Source of the DNA: Crocinitomicaceae bacterium
GTDB lineage: Bacteria > Bacteroidota > Bacteroidia > Flavobacteriales_D > Crocinitomicaceae
NCBI GenBank assembly: GCA_047621865.1
Contig: JBLHON010000001.1
Span: 1 to 39,351 of the forward strand
Direction: 5' to 3'
DNA: 39,351 bases
Each line of letters opens with the position of its first letter. Within the stretch, counting starts at the first letter, position 1. The notes under the pieces were generated by a model. It saw only the letters and a list, made by a program, of their open reading frames with translations, was not told the origin of the DNA and did not search any database. Of the stretch, positions 16,517 through 26,723 are shown in pieces. The position numbers and the translations under genes are program-made.

Positions 16517-18277
16517 ATGTTGAATTCAGATCAGGGCCAATCGAATAAGCGTTTTGAGCGAATACTAGTTATTTCGCTGTTCATCTTACTTTGGGCCTAT
16601 CTGATCATTCGAGCATTTACAGTTTTCTTTGTCCACGATGAAATTGTAACGAAATGGAGTTTCATGGTCGACTGGAATCCTTTACCAGATCAAGGATTCG
16701 TTGATGCCAACAATCATTTTCTTCTGAGTTTTCTCGGAGGTCTGTTCATGAGGATTTTTAATTCTGATGCCATGATTGTGCTTCGTCTAGCTGGACTCTT
16801 GGCATTCCCGATCTATTTTTGGTCGATCTACGGCTTACGGAATCTATTTACGCAGAAAGCAAATTTTTACGGAATGCTAGTCGGACTGGTCTGCGTCGCT
16901 TTTTTAATCGAATATTTTGGTTTGGCCAGAGGATATGGACTTTCCTTTGCATTCTTGATGGCCGCGTTACAGCAAACCACACGTTACCTTCAACTAAACA
17001 ATAAAATGGCCTTGGTTGGATTGCTCGTGGCATGGATTTTAGCCGTGTATGCCAATCTTACTTTGATTCCTTTTGCCCTCATTGGAGTCATCATTGCTTT
17101 GTCCTATACCTGGATGCGTGGAACACGGAAATGGAGTATCGTCATTCTTCTTGCATTTATCCCGATCAGCTATCTCGTCAATTATTCGTTTGAACTCAAG
17201 GCACTTGGAAAGCTTTATTATGGAGGCAATGAAGGTTTCTTCGCCACAACGATACATTCGATCACACCTTATCTATGGAATGTTAAACATGTAGTAGTTG
17301 ACGTACTTTTGACTGGTGTAACCATCTTAATTGGATTCGTGCTTCTGCGAACTTATAGCAAAACGAAGAATTGGTTTGAGCCAAGAACGATCTTCCCGCT
17401 CTTCTTCCTGCTTGCTGTTGGTAATATATTCGCTCAACATTGGTTCTTGGATATTAATTACCCAGAAGATCGAACTGCACTATATATAGTCATCTTCTTT
17501 GTAGGCGCACTTTTTTTTACACTGGATTCAATCTGGAAACACAGTTGGTTTGCGATTGTTTACTCTCTCGGAACGGTAATTTTGTTCTGTGTTCATTTCA
17601 ACTTTAGTCATTCTACATTCTATTATGGCGAGCATATAGATAGGAAAATGGTCGAAATGATTCCAAATGAAGTGAAGGGAACTCCTCCAACTACAGGAGG
17701 TAGATGGAGTATGGAAAACGAAATGAATCGCACTTTGGATTTGCCATTGCGCGCGTTTCAGGAGATCAATTCTGAAGCTGACACGCTTGTTGATTACATG
17801 ATTTATTCTGTAGAACGTTGGCCTGGAATTCATAAATGGTATCGACCACTCTATACTGATAAGATCTCTGGACAAACCTTATTTGAGCGGAAGCATTTTT
17901 TAAACAGGACGAAAACAGATGAAAGTTCAGTAGCAATTGGAGGGAAAAATGAGTTTCAAGTCATCCATGAGACAGGATTGAAATCAGCAATGATGTTGAG
18001 ATGTAGTGGAACGCTCAAGAAGATGCATCGATATAATAAAGATGTTTATGTCGTATTCACTTCGAAGGACACCCTCACAGGTGCAGTACATACTTATGAT
18101 GCTCTTTCATTTATGCAAAATATGAAAGCTTCTAGTACAGGAGAGATTCATTTCGATTTTACCTATGCGATGAAACTCATGCCTGGAGCAAATCTATTTT
18201 CGGTCTACGTTTGGAATAAAAAAAGCGCCGAATTGGATGGAAAATTGAAATTGGAGGTATACTCAATTGATGATTAG
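16517..18277 (+). CDS. Polytopic membrane protein with C-terminal soluble domain, possibly a GT-C-type (ArnT/PMT-like) glycosyltransferase
   Basis: About ten predicted TM helices in the first ~370 aa. An acidic HDE motif sits in the first loop after TM1, as in GT-C enzymes. The C-terminal ~210 aa are soluble. The assignment is tentative. Confidence 0.5.
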   Translation: MLNSDQGQSNKRFERILVISLFILLWAYLIIRAFTVFFVHDEIVTKWSFMVDWNPLPDQGFVDANNHFLLSFLGGLFMRIFNSDAMIVLRLAGLLAFPIYFWSIYGLRNLFTQKANFYGMLVGLVCVAFLIEYFGLARGYGLSFAFLMAALQQTTRYLQLNNKMALVGLLVAWILAVYANLTLIPFALIGVIIALSYTWMRGTRKWSIVILLAFIPISYLVNYSFELKALGKLYYGGNEGFFATTIHSITPYLWNVKHVVVDVLLTGVTILIGFVLLRTYSKTKNWFEPRTIFPLFFLLAVGNIFAQHWFLDINYPEDRTALYIVIFFVGALFFTLDSIWKHSWFAIVYSLGTVILFCVHFNFSHSTFYYGEHIDRKMVEMIPNEVKGTPPTTGGRWSMENEMNRTLDLPLRAFQEINSEADTLVDYMIYSVERWPGIHKWYRPLYTDKISGQTLFERKHFLNRTKTDESSVAIGGKNEFQVIHETGLKSAMMLRCSGTLKKMHRYNKDVYVVFTSKDTLTGAVHTYDALSFMQNMKASSTGEIHFDFTYAMKLMPGANLFSVYVWNKKSAELDGKLKLEVYSIDD

Positions 18278-18351
18278 TACTTCGAATCATCCTCCTTGTC
18301 GAAAATGGGTAAAATTTTCTCTGAATCAATCGTATAATTTAAGAAAAGGCG

Positions 18352-18359
18352 TATATTTG
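18352..18359 (+). promoter_or_regulatory. Bacteroidota -7 promoter motif (TATATTTG) upstream of atpD
   Basis: Exact TAnnTTTG match 66 nt upstream of the atpD ATG, in the context TATATTTGCACC. Confidence 0.5.
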
Positions 18360-18413
18360 CACCCAAATTCCGATCAGTCGGAGGTGAAAAGAGTAAGCAT
18401 TTAATACAAATAA

Positions 18414-19931
<1,518 letters not shown>

Positions 19932-19943
19932 TACAAAAAGTAG

Positions 19944-20234
19944 ATGCAAGTAGAAATCATTACACCCGAATCAAAAATCTTTGCTGGAGAAGCAGTGGCG
20001 GTTCAGTTTCCGGGATTGGATGGATCATTTCAAGTGTTGTCGAATCACGCACCTATCATTTCTGCACTCAGTGGAGGTGATCTCAAGCTTGATCTCGAGA
20101 CAGCATTTGATGCTACAGATAAAACGAGTGAGCTGATTCAAAAAGATAAAGCCGATAATAAGGTAATTCGCGTTACAATAAAAGGAGGAGTGATGGAAAT
20201 GTTGAATAACAAAGTTGTCATTCTCGCTGAATAA
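19944..20234 (+). CDS. atpC: F1 ATP synthase epsilon subunit (short form)
   Basis: Lies immediately downstream of atpD. MQVEIITPESKIFAGEAVAVQFPGLDGSFQVLSNHAPIISAL is the epsilon beta-sandwich. At 96 aa, the C-terminal helical hairpin is largely missing. Confidence 0.85.
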   Translation: MQVEIITPESKIFAGEAVAVQFPGLDGSFQVLSNHAPIISALSGGDLKLDLETAFDATDKTSELIQKDKADNKVIRVTIKGGVMEMLNNKVVILAE

Positions 20235-20253
20235 TTGTGCGAAGCATAGATTG

Positions 20254-20288
20254 AAAGAGGGATTTGGAAGACCATTTCCCTCTTTTTT
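20254..20288 (+). terminator. Rho-independent terminator after atpC
   Basis: AAAGAGGGA ... TCCCTCTTT stem (8-9 bp, 14-nt loop) followed by a T-run. Confidence 0.7.
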
Positions 20289-20370
20289 GTTAAAGTACGT
20301 TAAGCTTCATGCCTTGCATATCAACCCAATACGATTGTTTACTTATTTTCGTTACTAATTCTCAGTTGAG

Positions 20371-21120
20371 ATGAGTCTTTTAGAAAAAATTAACCTAGAT
20401 ATTACTCCAAAGCACATCGCCATCATAATGGATGGAAATGGTCGTTGGGCGCAGCAACAAGGTGAAGAACGGTTGTTTGGGCACAATTTTGGCGTAGAAT
20501 CAGTTCGTGAAACACTAAAGGCTGCTCAAGAGATTGGAGTGAAATATCTTACCCTCTATGCCTTCTCCACTGAAAATTGGAATCGCCCGAAAGAAGAAGT
20601 TGATGGTTTAATGGATTTATTAGTTCATACAATAAGCCATGAAGTAGAGGAGTTAGATAAGAGTGATGTCGTAATTACAAGCATTGGAGATATTGAAGGA
20701 CTTCCAGAATCATGTCAGCATGAATTAAAAGAAGCTTTTGAGACGACAAAGAATAATACAGGCATTCAGTTGGTGCTAGCGTTGAATTATAGCGCCAAAT
20801 GGGAACTTGTAAATGCGACACGCGAAATTGCTCGTGAAGTAAAGGCCGGCACTATCGCCCTTGAGGATGTGAACGATGAACTTATCTCGAATATGCTTTC
20901 AACGAAAGATATTCCAGATCCAGAATTGTTGATTCGTACAAGTGGTGAGCATCGGGTAAGTAACTTCTTGCTCTGGCAAATTGCTTATGCTGAGTTTCAT
21001 TTTACTGATGTGCTTTGGCCCGATTTTAAACGAGAAGATTTATATAAGGCAGTAGTCGATTATCAATCGCGCGAGCGAAGATTTGGTATGGTGTCTGCCC
21101 AAATAGAAAAGAACTTATGA
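20371..21120 (+). CDS. uppS: Undecaprenyl diphosphate synthase (cis-isoprenyl transferase)
   Basis: HIAIIMDGNGRWA, YLTLYAFSTENWNRP, IRTSGEHRVSNFLLWQIAYAEF, and C-terminal RERRFG. Confidence 0.95.
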   Translation: MSLLEKINLDITPKHIAIIMDGNGRWAQQQGEERLFGHNFGVESVRETLKAAQEIGVKYLTLYAFSTENWNRPKEEVDGLMDLLVHTISHEVEELDKSDVVITSIGDIEGLPESCQHELKEAFETTKNNTGIQLVLALNYSAKWELVNATREIAREVKAGTIALEDVNDELISNMLSTKDIPDPELLIRTSGEHRVSNFLLWQIAYAEFHFTDVLWPDFKREDLYKAVVDYQSRERRFGMVSAQIEKNL

Positions 21121-23816
21121 TATTGAAACGAACTTCTATCCTCCTGGCAATGCTATTTCTTGGTGGACTTGTTATCGCTCAGACCGAAAATGGTGAAGCT
21201 GTGGATGTATCGATTGATCCTGTTGAAGATACAATTAAAGTTATCAAAGATGAGATCGAAAGCCCAATAACAACAACTGAGCCAATCATTGTTGCTGTTA
21301 AAGACACAACGAAACCAGATATCGTCACAATTGGAGAGGAATTTGAAGTAGATTTTTTACGACCACAAAAATATGAAATCGGCCCTATTCGTGTTGAAGG
21401 AGCTGAAAATTATGATCACAATGCAATTAAATTAATCGCTGGACTTCGACAAGGAACATCATTAAACATCCCAGGAGATAAAGTATCGAAAGCGATTAAA
21501 AACCTATGGGACGAAGGACTCTTCTCTGAGGTTGAAATCCTTGCTGATAAAGCAATCGCAGGTGTTATTTACCTTGTGATTAGAGTAAAACCTAGACCGA
21601 AATTATCACGCTTCAAATTCAGTGGTGTGAGCAAGCATGATGCTGATAAAATTCGTGAAGAGATCGATCTCTTTTCTGGAAAAACAATTACCGAGAACCT
21701 AATCTTTGCTACAGAAAGCCGCGTTAGTGGATACTTTAGAGAGAAAGGATATTATTCGATTGATGTACGTATTGATCGAACTCAGGATCCATTGATGAAT
21801 AATTCTGAAGTTTTCACAATCAATGTAGAAAAGAATCCACGTGTGAAGATTGGTACATTGAATATCAATAACAATGAAACAATCAAGGATTGGAAGTTGA
21901 GAAAAGCAATGAAGGATACCAAGCAGAAAGCATGGTGGAGAGTCTTTAAGCGCTCAAAATTTTCTGAGTCAGCTTACAAAAGAGATAAAATTGCAGTTAT
22001 CGAAAAATTTAACGCTGTTGGCTTGCGTGATGCGATCATAAAAACGGATACAGTATATCTCGAGGATGAGAAAAACCTGCACATTGAAATGAATATCGAT
22101 GAAGGGAATCCATACTACTTTGGAGATATTGAGTGGATTGGAAACACGAAATTCCGTTCAACTTTCCTCGATACAATTCTAGGAATTTCAAATGGTGATG
22201 TCTACAATAAATCATTGCTTGACCAACGTCTTTTCATGAGCCCAGATTCACGTGATATATCATCATTGTATATGGACCGTGGATACCTTTTCTTCCAAGT
22301 TATTCCGGTAGAAACAGGGGTTGTTGATAATCATATCAGTTATCAGATGAGAATCGTTGAGGGCAAACAAGCGCGAATTCGACGTATTATCATCAAGGGG
22401 AATACGAAGACAAACGATTATGTGATTAGGAGAGAGATTCGTACCAAACCTGGTGACTTGTTCAACAGGAACGATATCATTCGTACACAACGAGAATTGG
22501 CCCAGCTAGGTTATTTCGATGAGCAAGCATTCCAGGTGAATCCAATTCCAAATCCTCAGGATGGAACAGTAGACATTGAATACATCGTTTCTGAAAAATC
22601 ATCTGATCAGATTGAATTATCAGGGGGATATGGTGGAGCTGGAGTAAATGGTTCTGGTGGACGATTGATTGGTACACTCGGATTGACCTTCAACAACTTT
22701 AGTCTCAAAAACATGTTTAAGAAGGGCGCTTGGACTCCACTTCCTGGTGGTGACGGACAACGTCTTTCAATTCGTGCTCAAACAAATGGCCGTTTTTACC
22801 AAGGGTATAACTTCTCATTCACAGAGCCTTGGTTAGGAGGTAAGAAGCCGAATTCACTTTCAGTTTGGATGAACCACACTGCTTTGGGGAATGGGAATTT
22901 GAAAACAAATCCATTATACACTGGTCTTGGAATTACAGGACTTGGAGTTGGATTAGGACGTCGTAAGAAATGGCCGGATGATTATTTCCAAGCATATTAC
23001 GAAGTTGGGTACCAATATTATGATGTCGTTGATGATGCACGATTCGGAATTTTCACGAACGGGTATGCAAATGATATCAGTTTGAAATATGTGCTTCAAC
23101 GAAGTTCTGTAAGCTCGCCAATTTTCCCGCAGAATGGATCAAGCATTAAGTTTACTGCAAAAGGAACCTTGCCTTACTCGGCGTTTGATGGTGTGGATGA
23201 CTACTCCAATTACACGCCACAAGAGCGTTATAAATACCTAGAGTACTTTAAGTTGAAATTGACTGGAGAGTGGTACTTACCGCTTACAGCTGATAAGAAA
23301 TTGGTGCTAATGCCTCGTTTCGGATTTGGATTTATGGGTGCTTACAATAAGTCTAAAGGATTAACACCATTTGATCGATTTACACTAGGTGGAAGTGGAT
23401 TAACAGGCGTGAATCAAATTGGAGGTAAAGAAATCATTGCATTGCGTGGATACAATGACAATTCATTGAATTCAACAGATGGAGATCCATTAATTGCAAA
23501 GTATACCTTGGAACTACGTTACCCAATATCTTTGAATCCTCAAGCAACTTTCTACGCGCTAGCATTTGTTGAAGCTGGAAATACGTATCCTTCTTTTGAG
23601 CGTTTTAATCCGTTCAATGTGAAGCGAACTGCAGGAGTGGGAATCCGTGTATTCCTTCCAATGTTTGGGATGCTTGGTCTCGATTATGGATTGGGATTTG
23701 ATAAGTTGGATCCATGGTCAAGTGGATTTGGTTTAGAGTCAGATCAATTAATAGATACTAAAGGTTACTTCCCTAAATTGAACTTCACAATTGGAATGAA
23801 TCTAGGAGAACTCTAA
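21117..23816 (+). CDS. bamA: Outer membrane protein assembly factor BamA (POTRA repeats + Omp85 barrel)
   Basis: Overlaps the uppS stop by 4 nt (ATGA). Has a signal peptide, POTRA-like repeats (e.g. RIRRIIIKGNTKTNDYVIRREI), and a C-terminal barrel ending ...NFTIGMNLGEL. Conserved uppS-bamA-skp synteny. Confidence 0.95.
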   Translation: MILKRTSILLAMLFLGGLVIAQTENGEAVDVSIDPVEDTIKVIKDEIESPITTTEPIIVAVKDTTKPDIVTIGEEFEVDFLRPQKYEIGPIRVEGAENYDHNAIKLIAGLRQGTSLNIPGDKVSKAIKNLWDEGLFSEVEILADKAIAGVIYLVIRVKPRPKLSRFKFSGVSKHDADKIREEIDLFSGKTITENLIFATESRVSGYFREKGYYSIDVRIDRTQDPLMNNSEVFTINVEKNPRVKIGTLNINNNETIKDWKLRKAMKDTKQKAWWRVFKRSKFSESAYKRDKIAVIEKFNAVGLRDAIIKTDTVYLEDEKNLHIEMNIDEGNPYYFGDIEWIGNTKFRSTFLDTILGISNGDVYNKSLLDQRLFMSPDSRDISSLYMDRGYLFFQVIPVETGVVDNHISYQMRIVEGKQARIRRIIIKGNTKTNDYVIRREIRTKPGDLFNRNDIIRTQRELAQLGYFDEQAFQVNPIPNPQDGTVDIEYIVSEKSSDQIELSGGYGGAGVNGSGGRLIGTLGLTFNNFSLKNMFKKGAWTPLPGGDGQRLSIRAQTNGRFYQGYNFSFTEPWLGGKKPNSLSVWMNHTALGNGNLKTNPLYTGLGITGLGVGLGRRKKWPDDYFQAYYEVGYQYYDVVDDARFGIFTNGYANDISLKYVLQRSSVSSPIFPQNGSSIKFTAKGTLPYSAFDGVDDYSNYTPQERYKYLEYFKLKLTGEWYLPLTADKKLVLMPRFGFGFMGAYNKSKGLTPFDRFTLGGSGLTGVNQIGGKEIIALRGYNDNSLNSTDGDPLIAKYTLELRYPISLNPQATFYALAFVEAGNTYPSFERFNPFNVKRTAGVGIRVFLPMFGMLGLDYGLGFDKLDPWSSGFGLESDQLIDTKGYFPKLNFTIGMNLGEL

Positions 23817-23880
23817 AAGTATTGGCACTTGTTCACAATAAATGTATTAAATTCGCCGTTCGGCTGAAAAACAATATAGC

Positions 23881-24393
23881 ATGAAAGTACTAGTTCTCGC
23901 CCTCACAATGATCTTTGGCATAGGGTTTGCCAATAGTCAGAAGTATGCATACATAGATTCAGATTATATTCTGGGAGAAATGCCAGAATATACTGCGGCA
24001 AAAGAGAAATTGGATAAATTAGCTGATCGTTGGACAAAGGATATTGAAGCACGTAGGCTTCTTGTTCAACAGAAGAAGGAAAATTTTGCCCGAGAAGAAG
24101 TTTTACTACCAGCGGAAGAAAAAAAGAAGAGAGAAGCTGAAATTGAAACATTAGAATTGGAAGCGATGCAAATGCAAAAGACGCGCTTTGGAGTGAATGG
24201 TGATTATTTCAATAAACGGAAAGAACTCATTAAACCAATCCAAGATCAAGTCTATGACGCGATGCAGAAGGTTGCAACAAAAAGAAATTACATTTTCGTG
24301 TTTGACAAAGCAAATCAGAGCAATTTGGTTTATGCTGACCCCAAAAATGATATTAGTAAGAGCGTAATAAAGGAAATAGAGAACGCAAATTAA
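23881..24393 (+). CDS. OmpH/Skp-family periplasmic chaperone
   Basis: 170 aa with a signal peptide, YIDSDYIL, a long charged coiled-coil centre, and a position directly after bamA. Confidence 0.85.
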   Translation: MKVLVLALTMIFGIGFANSQKYAYIDSDYILGEMPEYTAAKEKLDKLADRWTKDIEARRLLVQQKKENFAREEVLLPAEEKKKREAEIETLELEAMQMQKTRFGVNGDYFNKRKELIKPIQDQVYDAMQKVATKRNYIFVFDKANQSNLVYADPKNDISKSVIKEIENAN

Positions 24394-24472
24394 GCCCTCT
24401 AGAATAAAGAGAAAACCAGTAACAAGCATTCGAATAAACACACTAAAAGTTCGAATCAATTAAAAAGAAAAG

Positions 24473-24985
24473 ATGAAAAAATTACTAGTAATATTATGTG
24501 TAGTGTTAAGTGCAGGATCTACGATGGCTCAATCAAGTATTGGTCATGTGAACTCACAAGCTTTATTGGACACGCTTCCTATGCGAAGAGTAGCATTGAA
24601 AAACTTCCAAATTTACGAGCAAAATGGAATGACAGAGTTGAGAGAGATGGAAGCAGACTTGAATGAAGGTATTGCAATCTTTCAGAAGAATCAGCCGAAC
24701 ATGTCACCAGTAATCATGAAAATTGAGCAGGAGAAATTGGAGAAAAAACGTCAGGCATTAATTGATAGAGACGAAGCATTCCAACAAGAATTGCAGGCAT
24801 ACTCACAAGAGCTCAATGTTCCAATTTTGCAAATGGTACAGAAAGCTGTTCAAACAGTATCTGATAGAAATAAATTGGATTATGTACTGGATGCAACGAG
24901 TGTTTTAATTGCAAATGGCAAAGACATTACGAATGAAGTGATCACTGAATTATTGAAATTAGACGCTGCAGCATCTCAACCATAG
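24473..24985 (+). CDS. OmpH/Skp-family periplasmic chaperone (second copy)
   Basis: 170 aa, signal peptide MKKLLVILCVVLSAGSTMAQ, coiled-coil core. It is the tandem partner of the previous gene, as is usual in Bacteroidota. Confidence 0.85.
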   Translation: MKKLLVILCVVLSAGSTMAQSSIGHVNSQALLDTLPMRRVALKNFQIYEQNGMTELREMEADLNEGIAIFQKNQPNMSPVIMKIEQEKLEKKRQALIDRDEAFQQELQAYSQELNVPILQMVQKAVQTVSDRNKLDYVLDATSVLIANGKDITNEVITELLKLDAAASQP

Positions 24986-25010
24986 ATTCTCGCTTTATCG
25001 GAAAGAATTT

Positions 25011-25039
25011 AGGCGCTTGTTTTCAAGCGCCTTTTTTTG
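25011..25039 (+). terminator. Rho-independent terminator after the second skp-like gene
   Basis: AGGCGCTTG-TTTT-CAAGCGCCT, a perfect 9-bp stem, followed by TTTTTTT. Confidence 0.85.
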
Positions 25040-25230
25040 TGCAGTTCTCGGTATGCTTATGCCGAAGCTTTAGCATAGGCACTACGAGCAAGGCTCTTCC
25101 CGATAGCTATCAGGACGAACTGACAACTTTCAATCTTTGTCAGTTCGAGTATCGCGTTCTTACGCGATGTATCGAGAACGACAATTTTAGTATTCTTCCA
25201 ACATCCAACATCCAACATCCAATAATCCAA
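25040..25230 (+). repeat. Composite intergenic repeat, copy B (GAAGCTT-loop hairpin, flank-hairpin-flank module, CATCCAA/TAATCCAA tandem array)
   Basis: TATGCT-tatgccGAAGCTTt-AGCATA hairpin (25052-25077). ACTGACA/TGTCAGT stem (25119-25144). TTGTCAGTTCGAGT + perfect hairpin ATCGCGT/TCTT/ACGCGAT + GTATCGAGAACGACAATTTT (25137-25188). Tandem TTCCAA CATCCAA CATCCAA CATCCAA TAATCCAA (25196-25230). Confidence 0.7.
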
Positions 25231-25249
25231 TCTTTCCTATCTTTACCCC

Positions 25250-26068
25250 ATGGGACCAATTGGTGTATTCGATTCTGGTTATGGTGGACTCACGATCTTA
25301 AATGATTTAAGAGAACGACTTCCACAGTATGATTATCTCTATCTTGGAGACAATGCACGAGCCCCTTATGGTACACGCTCGTTTGATGTTGTCTATGAAT
25401 TTACACTTCAGGCCGTCAACGAACTATTTGATCGTGGCTGCGAACTGGTGATTTTGGCATGTAATACAGCTTCTGCGAAAGCACTTCGAACGATTCAGAA
25501 GAAAGACCTTCCATTGATTGGCCCCAATAAACGTGTTCTGGGTGTCATTCGACCAAGTGCAGAAATAGTTGGCAGTTTTACTTCAACAAATGCAATCGGG
25601 ATACTTGCCACACAAGGAACTGTTAAATCGAGGTCCTACGAGATCGAGATTGGAAATTTTGCGCCAAATTGCAAAGTATATCAACAGGCTTGCCCTCTCT
25701 GGGTAACGCTCATCGAGAATAATGAACATGAGACAGATGCTGGAAGAGAGTTCATTCGACATGACGTAAAAGCGCTCCTATCTGAAAATAAACACATTGA
25801 CACATTAGTGTTAGGATGTACACATTATCCAGTCCTAAAATCATTTATAGAGTCGATCATTCCAAAGAATGTGCGTGTAGTTGCACAGGGAAAAATCGTT
25901 GCAAAGAGCCTAGATTCTTATCTAGATAGGCATCCAGAGATGGAAGAACAATGCACAAAAGGAGGAACTGTCCAGTATCTGACTTCCGAAAGTACCTCAG
26001 AGTTCGATCAAAATGCAGCGAAATATACAGATGATATAGTTCGGTCATCACACATTCAACTGCATTAA
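25250..26068 (+). CDS. murI: Glutamate racemase
   Basis: GVFDSGYGGLT, YLGDNARAPYG, and the catalytic Cys motifs LACNTAS and LGCTHYP. Confidence 0.95.
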   Translation: MGPIGVFDSGYGGLTILNDLRERLPQYDYLYLGDNARAPYGTRSFDVVYEFTLQAVNELFDRGCELVILACNTASAKALRTIQKKDLPLIGPNKRVLGVIRPSAEIVGSFTSTNAIGILATQGTVKSRSYEIEIGNFAPNCKVYQQACPLWVTLIENNEHETDAGREFIRHDVKALLSENKHIDTLVLGCTHYPVLKSFIESIIPKNVRVVAQGKIVAKSLDSYLDRHPEMEEQCTKGGTVQYLTSESTSEFDQNAAKYTDDIVRSSHIQLH

Positions 26069-26164
26069 ACCCCTGTCACTGCTCAATAATTAAAAAAATG
26101 TTCGTGCATGCATCTTTTTTAAAGGAACGCGCGTCTACACTTGGAACGGAAATAGATAAATCCG

Positions 26165-26172
26165 TATCTTTG
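26165..26172 (+). promoter_or_regulatory. Bacteroidota -7 promoter motif (TATCTTTG)
   Basis: Exact TAnnTTTG match 47 nt upstream of the ATG at 26220. Confidence 0.45.
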
Positions 26173-26219
26173 CGGTGTGAATACCGCGCTTACTGCCAAA
26201 TGACAAAAAAAACTATCAC

Positions 26220-26711
26220 ATGAAAAGAGTTCTTTTTATTGGTTTCCTACTACTTGCTCTTACAAGTAATGCGAATCCTGAAATTTTAAATGTTGACTCC
26301 AACCCATTAGAGCTTACGATAATTGAGCCTACTGAGGAATGGCAAGTCTATGACACCTATGATGGTGTTAAAGTTGAATATCGCATGACGAGATGTGGTG
26401 ACGGAGTTGAGCTGCGCGAACAGAATTTGATGCTCTTCCGTTTTACGAATACTTCGAGCGATGTTAAAACCATCTCGTATCGTTTTAAAATGTTTAGAGA
26501 CGGTGAATGCTATAGATGTGATCAAATTATGAAGGATGAATACCAACATGAGATTACATTATTAGCTGGTGCTAGTGTTGAAGGTGATTGTTCGATCGAA
26601 ACTGTTCGAAACCAAGCCTTACACATTCATGACAATTACATCAAACATGTTCCAGGTATGGCGAACACTCGTTTGACAGATTTCGAACTCGTAGACGTAA
26701 CAGTCAAATAA
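26220..26711 (+). CDS. Small secreted hypothetical protein
   Basis: Signal peptide MKRVLFIGFLLLALTSNA, 163 aa, several Cys (CGDG, CYRCD). It ends 12 nt before the next gene, so co-transcription is likely. No family recognised. Confidence 0.6.
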   Translation: MKRVLFIGFLLLALTSNANPEILNVDSNPLELTIIEPTEEWQVYDTYDGVKVEYRMTRCGDGVELREQNLMLFRFTNTSSDVKTISYRFKMFRDGECYRCDQIMKDEYQHEITLLAGASVEGDCSIETVRNQALHIHDNYIKHVPGMANTRLTDFELVDVTVK

Positions 26712-26723
26712 CTTACTACCATT

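Noticed and set aside
25196-25230. Possibility that the short tandem repeats are a CRISPR array
   Set aside because: The units are 7-8 nt and directly abutting, with no spacers, and there are no cas genes. This is a microsatellite-like array, not CRISPR.
25039-25305. 88-aa ORF in the skp-murI spacer
   Set aside because: It starts with GTG inside a terminator T-run. It simply translates the intergenic repeat: CRSFSIG and CQFEYRVLTRCIENDNFSI mirror the frame-translation CHFECSAFAECIEKDNFSI of the 15076 copy. It also runs into murI out of frame. It is a repeat artefact, not a gene.
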